DNA of 64,000 bases from the NCBI GenBank assembly GCA_965198235.1, contig OZ240248.1:1600001-1664000 (forward strand), read 5' to 3'. The notes under the pieces are model-generated. The model worked only from the letters and a program-made list of their open reading frames with translations. It had not been told where the DNA came from and did no database searches. Shown piece by piece: positions 39,917-50,500 of the stretch. The number at the start of each line of letters is the position of its first letter. The stretch's first letter is position 1. This DNA comes from Candidatus Poribacteria bacterium. Its GTDB lineage: Bacteria > Poribacteria > WGA-4E > WGA-3G. Made by a program: the position numbers and the translations under genes.

Positions 39917-41074
39917 CTATTTGTATAAGCGTTCGTCTTCTAATGATAGCCAGGTGCCGTAATCGCGAGGCATATCCCTTATTTCACCCAAGCCGGCTTC
40001 AGCACGCCACCGCAGCAACGGATGCTCTCGGTTTTTCTGGGGCAACTCCACACGTGTGCCGTAGACAGCGGACTCAAAGATTGCCATTAGAATTTCAATG
40101 ACATGGCGACCCTCTTCGCCGTTAGATTCGTGTTCACGGTCCTCGTCTAATGCGTTTACATACTCTTCAACGAAGCAGTAATCGTCGGCATTTGCGCCTT
40201 TATCTGCGTCAAAATGCTCTGGATAGATAGACGCGAGTGCTTCCCACTGGTCGTGTGTGCCATCAGGGACGAAATGTGGTGTAGGTAGCCACCACGAACC
40301 TTTCAATTCCGACCAGAAGAGCCTGCCTTCAGTGCCGTAGAGTTCCATGACGTACGCATCGGTATCCACCTTCGGGAATCGATGCTGAATGAGAGTACCG
40401 GTGACGTTTCCGTCGAATTGGAGCGTCGCTGTGGTATATTCACCTGCGACTGTGCCCATGCCAGCCGGGGAGGGGAGCACATCGTCGTGTCCGATGGCGC
40501 GTCCGCCTGTCGTCGCTTGTGTCATGACGCTCCGGCAGTGCCCACCGAAACGCAGCATGTTGTTAATGACATGCGTTCCGATGTTCATTAACCCATAACC
40601 GGCGTAGTAGCCTTTTCCACTGGCGTAGATGTAACGCAGGTCGCCTATTTTTCCTTCGTTTAGGGCTTTGGCGACTGCCTGCATCGACGGACTCGTACGT
40701 CGTTGATGATGTACGGCGACGCGAGCGTTTTTCTCTTTCGCCTTTGCCAGCACCTCATCCGCTTGAGTGAGGTTAATACAGAGCGGTTTCTCTACCTCAA
40801 TGTTCACGCTGTGTTCAAGGACGCGCATGCAAAGCGGATAGTGTGCCTCTGTTGCTGTGGGAATTGCGACAATGTCGGGAGATGTCTGTTGGATCATCTC
40901 GTCTAAATCGGTGAAATGTGCGGAGACGTTCACGATATCGCCGAGGGTCTCTAACCGCTCTTGGACGAGGTCGCAAAGTGCTACGATCTCGGTGCGCGGA
41001 TGTGCGTGATATGCTTTTGCTGCCGAGGTGCCGCGACTCCGGCACCCCAATATAGCGACGCGGTAAGTTTTCAT
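39917..41074 (-). CDS. Gfo/Idh/MocA oxidoreductase
   Basis: 'AILGCRSRG', 'VEKPL', 'VHHQRR', 'LMNIGTH'; start moved to MKTYRV. Confidence 0.88.
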   Translation of the reverse strand: MKTYRVAILGCRSRGTSAAKAYHAHPRTEIVALCDLVQERLETLGDIVNVSAHFTDLDEMIQQTSPDIVAIPTATEAHYPLCMRVLEHSVNIEVEKPLCINLTQADEVLAKAKEKNARVAVHHQRRTSPSMQAVAKALNEGKIGDLRYIYASGKGYYAGYGLMNIGTHVINNMLRFGGHCRSVMTQATTGGRAIGHDDVLPSPAGMGTVAGEYTTATLQFDGNVTGTLIQHRFPKVDTDAYVMELYGTEGRLFWSELKGSWWLPTPHFVPDGTHDQWEALASIYPEHFDADKGANADDYCFVEEYVNALDEDREHESNGEEGRHVIEILMAIFESAVYGTRVELPQKNREHPLLRWRAEAGLGEIRDMPRDYGTWLSLEDERLYK

Positions 41075-41334
41075 TTTTCTAACTATGGGCTCCTGGACTG
41101 CGCTCCATTCCATTACGCGCAGGTTTTTGATTAATTCGTGACGCTTCTGCGGATTTGTACGTTTCTGTACTTTAAAGTCTCGGACTCGTTCTGATATTAA
41201 TGTGGTAATGTTAACCTATTTGGGATTTGCTGTCAAGTTTTTTATCAGATGAACCAGAGGTATTCGGTTTTCAGCGGTCAGCCGCCGGCTTTGCCATATA
41301 GTAAAGTCTGCAATGACAAGGGACCTAAAATTGC

Positions 41335-42417
41335 CTATTCTACTGTGGCATTCCACTGCTTGGCACGTTTCATGAATACCGACGGATCCAGCAACCATTC
41401 GCCATAACCGATGTTCTTGTTATTTGTCAGATAGTCAAGTTTTTCATCAATGCAGGCGGCGAGATCGGCATCTTCGAGGGCGAGCGTAAATCCGCCATAC
41501 TCTATCTGCTCATCAAAGGCAGTGACGACAAGCTCACCGTGTGAGACGTGCGCGGCATCCTGACTACCAATCTCACCCCGCGCAATCGCATCAATACGAC
41601 CCGCGACGAGTGCCTCAAGCAACTCCGACTCCCCCAAGACATCACCGAGATAGATTATCTGTGGCAGGGTTTCCGTAGGTGGATAGAGATGCTGCCTACC
41701 CACGAGGTTCGGAGAGGCACCGGCGGCTGTAATCGTGTAAGCCGCTGTGCCATCGGCAACTACAGTCTTATCACGAGTCTCAACCCGGGTGCCCGATAGA
41801 AGGACCCCGTCAGCATCAACGAACCCGGTAAGTTGAAGTAAACGCGCCTCGCCCGTCGTGCTGGGAAGGGCACCAACGCGAACTTCACTGTTAAGGGCTG
41901 CATGCGTGGAGAGACGTTCCGCGTCTTCAGCACGAACCAAAAGCGTTTGCCGAAACCGGATATGTCCGGATGTAAAGGTGACGACGGGCATCCCTGTTGC
42001 ATCTTGCCTCCGGGATTCCAGAATAGTAATGCCGCCTCCGATAATATCATACGTGGGTTCAGCGGACTTTAGCCAGATACTATCCCATTCGGCGATAGCC
42101 GTTCGAGAGAACGTCAAACCCGCCCCTTCCATCGCTTCAAGTGCAGTCAATAGATCCGCTTCGTAACCGAGATGTGTATTGAACGCAGCCGAGACAGGAT
42201 CTTTGTTAGCACTGTAACTAATGGGTGCGAAATGGGCATAAAAGCCGACCTTCAACACGCGGGTTCCGTCCGTACAAGTACCCGTGGCTGTTCCCTTTTG
42301 TTGCGTAACGATCTGTCGCGCCTTCTCGCAACCTGAAAGCATCGCTGTTGTGAATATGAGTAAGATAAAAAGTCGAAAACGCATTGAAATCCTCCTACTT
42401 TGACTTGAGTTTGACAT
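41335..42417 (-). CDS. Periplasmic-binding-protein type 2 (SBP_bac_3-like) lipoprotein
   Basis: Lipobox 'MLSGC'; 'LKVGF...FAPISY', 'GYEADLL', 'GGITI', 'AGRIDAI'. Confidence 0.7.
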   Translation of the reverse strand: MSNSSQSRRISMRFRLFILLIFTTAMLSGCEKARQIVTQQKGTATGTCTDGTRVLKVGFYAHFAPISYSANKDPVSAAFNTHLGYEADLLTALEAMEGAGLTFSRTAIAEWDSIWLKSAEPTYDIIGGGITILESRRQDATGMPVVTFTSGHIRFRQTLLVRAEDAERLSTHAALNSEVRVGALPSTTGEARLLQLTGFVDADGVLLSGTRVETRDKTVVADGTAAYTITAAGASPNLVGRQHLYPPTETLPQIIYLGDVLGESELLEALVAGRIDAIARGEIGSQDAAHVSHGELVVTAFDEQIEYGGFTLALEDADLAACIDEKLDYLTNNKNIGYGEWLLDPSVFMKRAKQWNATVE

Positions 42418-42420
42418 ACG

Positions 42421-43135
42421 CGAATTTCAGAGTATTCAGAGTAAATATGAAAAATTGATATGACAGGAAGAGGCTATGAACCTACGTTTTGACTGGACTC
42501 TTCGAGTCTTTGCAAAAGGTCTTTCAAAAGTTTACTCTGAAATTTTATGTGTGAGAGCTTGTTTAAAAATGTTACACTGGTGTTACATTGGATGTATAAT
42601 GGCTATCGGTAGAGAACGCAATAACTGTAAGGGTTCATAGGCTCCCTGTTTCTAATTTCCCGCTGTGAAAAAAATAATTTGGTGGAAAGTGTAACATTTT
42701 TATTCTACGTGAACATGAATCGTTTGAACAGTTTCGCAAATCTGACGATACTTTCACAGTTTTCATAGCAAAGCCAAGAAATCAATAGGTGTCGTGAATG
42801 GCGATAACCCCTGACTCCTATTGGGTTTTAGGCGGTTTTCATCAAAGGGGGCTATGAAAGTTGCTATGAAAATGTCAGACCGGTCAATATGCGTCATAAA
42901 ACTTCCTCGGTGCTGGACGGAAAATGTTCCGAAGGTCTCCTGACTTTCACGGAGGCTTCACGGAGGTTTTTGCGGACGTAGACGTGACGTGGGTTGCCAA
43001 GACGCAATATGCGGTCTCTCCGTGAAAAAACGAATGTGAAAATTAAATTAACGCATCGTATCAGTGTTTTTAGGACAGGGAACTGTGAATGCCAAAAACT
43101 TTACACACCCTGTTTTTGGGTTTAGGGTTGGGGTA
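42421..43135. other. ~720-bp non-coding region of four arm-core-arm repeat modules with cross-module complementarity (structured ncRNA or recombination-site array)
   Basis: TTCAGAGTA x2 + rc; TGTTACA x2 + rc; rc + GCTATGAAA x2; TTCACGGAG x2 + rc; no ORF of 60 aa or more. Confidence 0.55.
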
Positions 43136-43139
43136 TTGG

Positions 43140-43517
43140 TTAGGATTTGTCGGGATTCATTTTCAGGTTGGTTTTCGGTTTCCATTCGCGGATAAGTTCA
43201 GTTTCTAATAACACCGTTTCTTCCGCGTCCTCTGTGAATTCTACCGAAAATTGGACAATTGACCTGAACATTCGGAGTTGTGAATGGAGTCCGTCATTCT
43301 GTGCGTTTGAGTGGTGCTGCAACAACCGTCTTCGCACACAGGTTGTGGATTCCCCAACATAGAGACAGTCGTTCCGCCCCTCGGTGCCGGTTTTCCGCCA
43401 CAGGACATATACACCACTCCGTCCAGTCGGCAGTTGCAGGATCTCCTCGCGCGTGAAGGGACGGAGGTTACGTTTGAGTTGATACTGTAAGACGTAGGGG
43501 GTAACACTGTCAGACAT
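43140..43517 (-). CDS. Stand-alone GIY-YIG nuclease
   Basis: 'GVYVLW', 'LYVGES', 'RRRLLQH', 'LETELI...P..N'. Confidence 0.85.
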   Translation of the reverse strand: MSDSVTPYVLQYQLKRNLRPFTREEILQLPTGRSGVYVLWRKTGTEGRNDCLYVGESTTCVRRRLLQHHSNAQNDGLHSQLRMFRSIVQFSVEFTEDAEETVLLETELIREWKPKTNLKMNPDKS

Positions 43518-43536
43518 AGGATACTTTCCACTGTCA

Positions 43537-43575
43537 GAATCAGGATTTACAGGATTGACGGATTTTCAGGATTAT
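43537..43575 (+). repeat. 9-bp-period degenerate microrepeat (CAGGATTTA-like)
   Basis: atcaggatttacaggattgacggattttcaggatt. Confidence 0.55.
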
Positions 43576-43580
43576 TACTT

Positions 43581-46379
43581 TTAAATATCAGCTGTCATCT
43601 GTTCTGGTGCCCGCATTGACTGTGAGATATACTGCCACTGAATCGCGAGGTTATTATAGTGTGCCGCGTTTTCTGCCTCGCCGCGGCGTTCATAGTAGGT
43701 ATACAATATCCCTGCCAAACGCTTTGCGGATTCGTAATCGCGCATCGCACGCGCAATGGTGGTACATCCCGAAATGCCGCCGCTCCTTTCTTCACCAGAT
43801 AGATGCCACACCATTCGCAGGCACCCCTCCCATGCTGTCATCTCTTCGCTGTTTGCATATGCCTCATATTCCTCACTCTGCAACAGTCGGACTCTACCCC
43901 GTGCGGCGATGAGGACCTTGTCGTGCATAGCGGCGACATCTACATCTTGTGCTGTTGCTAATACCTGAGCGTCTCCGAAATTACCTTCCATGTAACCGTG
44001 TTGCTTCAGCCATGTCAAGCAGAACTGACTCTCTGGATCTAATTCACCGGTCTCTTTTTCATGGTAGGCGGTGATCTCGTTGTTGATGTGCATGAGTGCC
44101 TCGCGTATCGGCACAATCTCACCGCTGATTCGTGTTACCTTACTATAGCGAGAATAGACCTCCATCCCCGGTCCGATGGCGGCTTGTGCTAAATCAACAG
44201 GTCTGATATTGGTGATGCGTGTGAGTCTGTCAAGCGCGGGTGGCATTTCTTTTTTCAGTTCTTGTAGGAACTCATTACGGGTTATGGCAGGCACATCCTC
44301 AGAACGCGGGCGGCAGACTAAAAGAATAGAAGATGCAAGTGCATTGGATCCAATTCCTCGATGTCTATTCACTAATTCAGTTCGCATGGGCCAGGTACCT
44401 ACTATCTGAAAACCGGCGTTCACGACTGCCGTTAGCATCGTCTCCCAACCGGTAGAGGTTTTCTTTCCATCCTGTTCCTTTTGCTGTTTATAGGCATAGA
44501 AAATAGAGGTAGGGAACCTGTCAGAACAGTGTTGTCGAATCCGCAGTAGTGTCTTGCCAAGTAATTCCTCAAAATGTTGTGCGGGATCTTCAAACCGGGG
44601 ACTGGCGGTTATTTCCTCATCCTTCGGAGTCATCATACTCCCAAATAGTTCTGGGTGGGTGTCTCGTAACAAAGGTCTCAACCAAACATAGAAGAAGTCG
44701 GAGAGATCCGCGTAGCCGATGTTATCGTAGTAGGGTGGATCAGTGACAATGACAGGTGCATCCATAGCATGAATAGTGGTGGCGGCATCTGCCTGATATG
44801 CTGTACCATCGTTTACTTCAGTGGGAAAACGCTCAACGACCTTGGCAACCCATTCGCCTTGGGATGTCCAGTTCCTTGTCGAACTAGAAAAAAGATTCGC
44901 TTCGGCAAAATCCCACACCATTGGAAGAGCAGGCAAGGAAAAAGCGTGGCAAATTTTGTGCCAAGTACTTGACCATGTCGCGGATGTACAACCGCTGTCA
45001 GCAATTCTGCCAATAACAAAGGTGAGATAGGTGGAAACAGCGGAAGCGTAGACGCTATCGCCTCCATCGAGCATTATAGCGTGATGAACATCTTTCAGCA
45101 AATCACTGAATGTAGTTAGAGTTGTGAGCTGCCTTTCTGTATACAGTTGATGCCAGTGGGAGAATCCATAATTTTGCAGACTGATTCCCAAAGCTTTTAC
45201 CGGTATTTTTCCTCTAGGCCTCCATTTAGGTTCGGCAAGTAGGGAGGCCTCAACGTGTTCATCAGTAGGGGAGATATACAAACGTCTTTGGTGGCCCTCA
45301 GCGATTATCGCTGTCATCATTTTTCCCATCTTTCCCACTTTGGCCTGTTCGCGCACATAAGACAATTTGACCGAACTCCCACAAGCAAAACAATAGGCAC
45401 CGCTGCGCCCTACGGTACCTCGCTTTGGGACCCCGTCTATATGTTTTTGCACTGTCCAGGAGATGGTGTTCGTTTCCCTGTCAACGACTGGTTTTGTCCA
45501 GTATTTGTTTCTTTCTTTAGTGGACAGTTGGAAGGTTTTCATCAGCGGCATCTGTAGTCCACAGGCCGGGTTGGAACATGGCACTGTGCGTGCCCAGAGC
45601 CACGCGATTACGGTGGCAGAAGTGCCGTCTGGTAGCTTTACTTTTGGGTAGAGGTGCCCAATTCGCTTATGTGCTTCCTCGCGCATCCATGCGCCATAGT
45701 AGCGGATGTCATTTGCTAAACCAGCAGTCCCTTTCCACGGCACGCGCGTTCGCCTTCGACCCGTGCCAGGGAACATACCCAACGGATCGGCATCGGGATT
45801 GACGGGGTTCTGATTGTGGAACTTCGGGGGCAGTTCAATCATCGCTTTGGTGAGTAGGACGGGCAGCGGATTCAGATCGGAGGCGCGGGCGCGCAATCCT
45901 AAGCGTTGTGCCTCAAGTGGAATGGAACCGCCCCCGCAAAACGGGTCGTAGACAGCGGGGCAGTGGTCGCGGAGGTATTGTAGAACCGCCTCTGGATCGT
46001 TCTGGAATCTCGTGCGAAAGGTAGTGATATCTTCCCCGTTGTTGCGGGCGACGGAGAACGCAATTTCATAACGTGCCTCCGCTAAGAGATTTTCATCGTT
46101 GCTGTCTTTCCAGATCACGAGTCGTTTGATGAGGTTGTGGAGACGGTTGTGTTCGGCGTTCTGTTCGGGTTCGGTTGGGAATTCGTCTTTGCATTCGGAG
46201 GGATCGTCCACCATGCTGGCGAAAATGACAGCGCGACATGCGGCCAAAGGACGGCGTGCCCAGTACAAGTGAAGTGTGGACGGATGGCCATGCCTGATGG
46301 ACTTTTCGCGTGTTGATTCACGGTTAATGGCTTGGAGGGGTATGTTGACCTCAATGAGTTTTTTTCGGTAATTGGACAT
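43581..46379 (-). CDS. DUF1156 adenine-specific DNA methyltransferase with Zn ribbon
   Basis: 'KKLIEV..PL', 'HLYWARRPLAACRA', motif I 'DPFCGGGSIP', Zn ribbon 'CSNPAC...CFAC', motif IV 'TDPPYYD'. Confidence 0.92.
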   Translation of the reverse strand: MSNYRKKLIEVNIPLQAINRESTREKSIRHGHPSTLHLYWARRPLAACRAVIFASMVDDPSECKDEFPTEPEQNAEHNRLHNLIKRLVIWKDSNDENLLAEARYEIAFSVARNNGEDITTFRTRFQNDPEAVLQYLRDHCPAVYDPFCGGGSIPLEAQRLGLRARASDLNPLPVLLTKAMIELPPKFHNQNPVNPDADPLGMFPGTGRRRTRVPWKGTAGLANDIRYYGAWMREEAHKRIGHLYPKVKLPDGTSATVIAWLWARTVPCSNPACGLQMPLMKTFQLSTKERNKYWTKPVVDRETNTISWTVQKHIDGVPKRGTVGRSGAYCFACGSSVKLSYVREQAKVGKMGKMMTAIIAEGHQRRLYISPTDEHVEASLLAEPKWRPRGKIPVKALGISLQNYGFSHWHQLYTERQLTTLTTFSDLLKDVHHAIMLDGGDSVYASAVSTYLTFVIGRIADSGCTSATWSSTWHKICHAFSLPALPMVWDFAEANLFSSSTRNWTSQGEWVAKVVERFPTEVNDGTAYQADAATTIHAMDAPVIVTDPPYYDNIGYADLSDFFYVWLRPLLRDTHPELFGSMMTPKDEEITASPRFEDPAQHFEELLGKTLLRIRQHCSDRFPTSIFYAYKQQKEQDGKKTSTGWETMLTAVVNAGFQIVGTWPMRTELVNRHRGIGSNALASSILLVCRPRSEDVPAITRNEFLQELKKEMPPALDRLTRITNIRPVDLAQAAIGPGMEVYSRYSKVTRISGEIVPIREALMHINNEITAYHEKETGELDPESQFCLTWLKQHGYMEGNFGDAQVLATAQDVDVAAMHDKVLIAARGRVRLLQSEEYEAYANSEEMTAWEGCLRMVWHLSGEERSGGISGCTTIARAMRDYESAKRLAGILYTYYERRGEAENAAHYNNLAIQWQYISQSMRAPEQMTADI

Positions 46380-46387
46380 AATATCGA

Positions 46388-46612
46388 TTAGTCAATCAGT
46401 TTTTGTGCGAAGGCTTGGATGCTACGTGCGTGAATTGACTGGATATAAAGATCCTTAAGTCGTTCCAGATCGTCTATATTTTCAAGTGCAGGCCTTAAGG
46501 CATCCACAAGTTCTGTCGAGAACTTCGTTTTAAGAACCACCGAGATGTGGCTGATAGTCGTTTCTTTGGTAATTCTCTCGTGTAGATGTTGGTAAGCCTT
46601 AGATTCTTGCAT
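46388..46612 (-). CDS. Stand-alone paralog of the Rpn C-terminal domain (RpnS-like putative antitoxin)
   Basis: MQESKAYQ...NIDDLERLK...QKLID parallels the last 70 aa of the upstream Rpn; own GAGG RBS. Confidence 0.75.
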   Translation of the reverse strand: MQESKAYQHLHERITKETTISHISVVLKTKFSTELVDALRPALENIDDLERLKDLYIQSIHARSIQAFAQKLID

Positions 46613-46630
46613 GTGTCCCTCGGGTATGCG

Positions 46631-46843
46631 TCAGTCAATCAGTTTTTGTGTGAAGGTTTCGATATTCGGCACCCGAGGTGCTGCGAGAAGGAGTTCCTTC
46701 AGCCGTTCCAAATCATCAATGTTTTGGAGCATAGGCGTTAAGGCACGCACCGCCTCCGTGTGAAACTGCTGTTCAAGCAGCGCGATGATGTGCTCGATAG
46801 TATTCTCTCTCAGCATGAGTTGGTAACCTTTAGATTCTCGCAT
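46631..46843 (-). CDS. Putative internally initiated RpnS (70 aa) inside the Rpn gene
   Basis: In-frame ATG at 46843 preceded by GGAGG (gcataccGGAGGaactcATG); same boundary as the duplicated ORF. Confidence 0.65.
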   Translation of the reverse strand: MRESKGYQLMLRENTIEHIIALLEQQFHTEAVRALTPMLQNIDDLERLKELLLAAPRVPNIETFTQKLID

Positions 46844-47482
46844 GAGTTCCTCCGGTATGCGTCTTTTGAAAAGTTCGGGGTCATATACGATACTCCCAAA
46901 AATATAGAGGGCGTAAAGTAAATTTGCTTGTGTTTCTTGATCTACAGACGTTGCGCGCGTCGCATCAATACACGTTTGTACCCAACGATCTGAGTCTATG
47001 CCTGTAGGCGGTTTCATGAGCGGTGTGAAGGGTAGTATGCCTGGGGTCTGCGTCTCTAAAACCGCTTGTCCCTCTATCTCAATGAGCCGGATGACTTTAT
47101 AGTGGAGCGTGTATGTGTAACCGTTCCACTGATATTCATATCGTCCGGTGTCATTTCTTCCAGCATCTGGATGGAAATAGATGACGTTGGAGTAGACGGG
47201 CAACTGGTGTTCACCGATGAGGTGTCCGTGATAGGCTGCGTTTCGTGCCCACATCGGGCTGCGCGTGCTACTGCGGAGCTGGAATTCAACGTGCAAGATC
47301 GCTTCACCACCGGCGACGCGGATCCGTTTTGTGGTATCGGTGCGTTGTGCGATAATGCGCTGTTGTTCTGTATCCAGGTTTTCAAGGACTTCCACATCCG
47401 CCACGCCGAGTACGAATCGTGAGAGGTCGGTGGCATGATCCGTGAAGAGGTCCTTGGTCATGTTGTCGTAGTTTTGTGCCAT
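46631..47482 (-). CDS. Rpn/YhgA-like PD-(D/E)XK nuclease (putative transposase family)
   Basis: 'YDNMTKDLF', 'RTD', 'ILHVEFQ', 'PVYSNVIY', 'ILPFTPLM'; start moved to MAQNYD. Confidence 0.82.
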   Translation of the reverse strand: MAQNYDNMTKDLFTDHATDLSRFVLGVADVEVLENLDTEQQRIIAQRTDTTKRIRVAGGEAILHVEFQLRSSTRSPMWARNAAYHGHLIGEHQLPVYSNVIYFHPDAGRNDTGRYEYQWNGYTYTLHYKVIRLIEIEGQAVLETQTPGILPFTPLMKPPTGIDSDRWVQTCIDATRATSVDQETQANLLYALYIFGSIVYDPELFKRRIPEELMRESKGYQLMLRENTIEHIIALLEQQFHTEAVRALTPMLQNIDDLERLKELLLAAPRVPNIETFTQKLID

Positions 47483-47488
47483 GGGTAT

Positions 47489-47518
47489 AGTGTAACCCAA
47501 AAAGTGAAGAAATGTCAA
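47489..47518 (-). promoter_or_regulatory. Sigma70-type promoter giving a probably leaderless Rpn mRNA
   Basis: TTGACA-18 bp-TACACT, ATG 6 nt downstream, no SD. Confidence 0.55.
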
Positions 47519-47572
47519 GCAGATTTGAAGTGGCACAAACTAACAGTTTATGCTACAAAAACTACAGATTTT

Positions 47573-50500
47573 TTAGTCGCTCTTGAATTCGGCGTTGAGG
47601 TGTTTGCTGTTTTGCTTGACAGCACGGGTGGTGTTTTCGGAAAAGCCGTCTGATTTGTTGGCAGTAATGGTAATTTCAATTTTCACATTTCCGCCATCTG
47701 CTTGTAGGGTGCGGGCAATCTCGTCTTGGATCATGTCAATCTCATCACCGAAAGGCAGTTCTAACTGCAAGGCTTTGGTAACAACGACGTGCGTAGGTCC
47801 CTTTGTTGGCGGGGGTTCGACCACAACGCCGGTTGGGTCGTCTCCCGTTTGCTTTTCTGTGTCTGGTGCTGATTCGGGAGCGTCCGATTTCTTCTGTTTT
47901 TCTTTTTCCTCCTTGAGGAGTTTTGCCATCTCAGGATTTATGAGGACAGCCGCGCTACCTTCAACCACTCGAAGCCCGCCGATCTGTTCTTCAAAACGGA
48001 AGTTGCGATAGTCGTCCCCCTCATAAGCACTGGCGTATCCGAAAGAGCCTGCCTGTACACCGTCTCTAAGGCACGTCGCCAAGACGTTTCGGTCCCTCAG
48101 TCGTGGCATGTAGACGTTTTGTGCCATGAGTTCCGAGAGCGTATCTAAGCCAATGTGCTCTTGATAGGTGTCGCTGCTCCAGATGTATTGCTGCAATTTT
48201 CCGGCAAAGATTTCAGGATCTATTTTTGTAACAATTGCGTCATCGTCAATGAATTTATCACGGAGCCGCCGTATAATTCTGCCATCTTCGGGTTTTGTGT
48301 CAGCGATAGAGAAGTCGTAGGCACTGTTTTGGGGATCTGATTGCGAAGGCGTGAGTGCCCATCGGTATGCCTTGAAGAGTGCAGTCGTTACGGCATCTTC
48401 AGCGGATTCAAGGTTTTCCGTCGTCTGATCTAACCTCGCGCCTTCGAGGTTGGTGAGCGCGCCGTGTAGGACATTTCCGTTCATGATGGAATCCCAAGAG
48501 AGGTAGTTTTTGACGAGATTTTTGAGGTCACGGATATCGTCTCGCCGTGCTGCGATGAAGAGGAGGGTGTTCCTGAAGGTGCGGGGTCTTTCATCGTCTG
48601 TGCTATATGTAAGCATTTTAAGCGCGGTTTCGCGTGCGATATCACTCTCTTTTTCACGGCTTGGCAGAGAGGACTGTGGATGAAGAATGATGTACTGAAT
48701 AGTTTGGGAATCCTGAATGGGATCTGGAGTCGTGGGACAGACCTTCACGTTTGAGGTGCTTTGAACTGTTCTTTCCAAGCGTGAAACGATTTCAGCGTAG
48801 ATATCTTCCTCGGTATATTCGGCTGCGCGGTCTGTAGCGACTTTATTGAGGTTTTCTTGGGTATGGAAGTAGTATCTATCGTCAAGGTTATAGAGGAAGT
48901 AGAGGTTACCGGTCATTCTACTGAGTGCGTCATTATACACAGAAACACCCTGTCCGGGTTCAACGACACCGAGGTGGATTTGCTGTTGAGATATACCTTT
49001 GACCGCACGTCCTGTTGCACTACCGAGGAATATCGTGCGAGCGATACGCCGCGCCGCGCTGCCCACCTCAATGAAGCTTTGAGAGTTTCGATCAATCTGG
49101 TCAGTGCGGGAACCGTGGCTGTCTACCTCTTGGACGACGGGGGCCCAATTTCCACCGGATCTTGCAAGCAGTCTGGTAAATTCATCAGCGAGTGCGGGAT
49201 CGTCAAGTGTGAGGTTCGCTGGCGTTATCAGCAGAGAGGGATCCTGTTCTTGAAACAGACGGGAAATGCAGGTCGCCATTATTCGGAGAACACTGCGGGT
49301 CCGCTGAAATCCGGGGATAACCGACCAATCCTCAAAGAGCCGATCAAATATCTCTGGGTGGATCGGATAGCAATCTTTCATCCGTTTCAGGTAGTCTTGA
49401 TTGCTAATGTTACTCGGATATTCGCTTCGGGAGTTCTGATACATCTTTCGGAACGCTTCACAGGTCAGGTCGCGTTCCGTTTCGTCAATTATGGGACCGA
49501 ACAATCGCCTGCGGACAACTTCATAAGCGTTATCCACTTCTAAGGGAATAGAAACGGCATCAACCCTTTCGAGGATAGATTCGAGGGTATCAAGGGCAGT
49601 CATTCCACCTTCACCACCTGCTTCGACCTGTGCTTCGGGAAGTGTTGCAACGAGTGTAACGTTCTGAGATCTGTTTACGGATTCTGTGAGGGTTTGAAAG
49701 AAGGTGTAGATACTCTCCTGTGTGACACCTTGGACATTACGGACATAAGCGACGAGTTCATCTATTAAGATGACAGAAGGGCCGACGTGTTCAAAGAGTG
49801 CGTCCAATTGCTTTCCGCCGGGGGCGATGCCTTCACGTGCGGCATCCCGTATGATGTTATAGGCATCTTGTCCGCCGAGTTGATTCGCCATCATCCCCCA
49901 GAGTGTGTTGAGCGGGTCGCCTTGTTTTGTTTCATCTGCATCAGTCGTAGAGAGGTAGGTGCCGACCAGAACAGCGACGTTGGCATTAAGGGGAGTGTTG
50001 GGGTCCCACGCCGCGTCTTGCAGGATGTCCGCTATTTCTTCTCGGAGCCGCTGGTATTCACCCTCTGCTGGCAGTTCTTTTAGCGCGTGAATTCCGGTAA
50101 CAAGATGATAGAGGGCAATGAGACTGTGGGTTTTCCCGCCCCCGAAACCTGTCTTGAGTTGGATGACTGGATCGCTATCTTTGCCGCCAAGTCTTTTGAG
50201 GGTATTCACCAACAATTGGCGAAGCCCAGGGGTGATGTATGTCTGGTTAAAAAAGATGTCGGTTTCGCCGTATTCTGGTGTTTTCGCGTTTCCTTCAAAA
50301 ACTTCTTGAAGGTCGGCGGCGAATTCCGATTTTCGGAAGGAGCCTTCAATGACATCGGTATTGGGGCGTATGACATCACGCCATGACTTGAGGTCAGCTG
50401 CCTTTCTACGCGGTAGTTTTGGTTTCGTGTCTACAGTTGGTGCCGCGCGGGTGAGTAATTTGTCGCGGATGACTTCAACTGCTCGCTTCTGTTCAGGCGC

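Noticed and set aside
42421-43517. Group I/II intron with GIY-YIG homing endonuclease
   Set aside because: No interrupted host gene, no recognisable P7 or domain V motifs, and the nuclease lacks a DNA-binding extension; kept as an unexplained structured region
46631-47482. Rpn gene as an active IS transposase
   Set aside because: No terminal inverted repeats or target duplication seen; the family is better supported as nuclease/toxin
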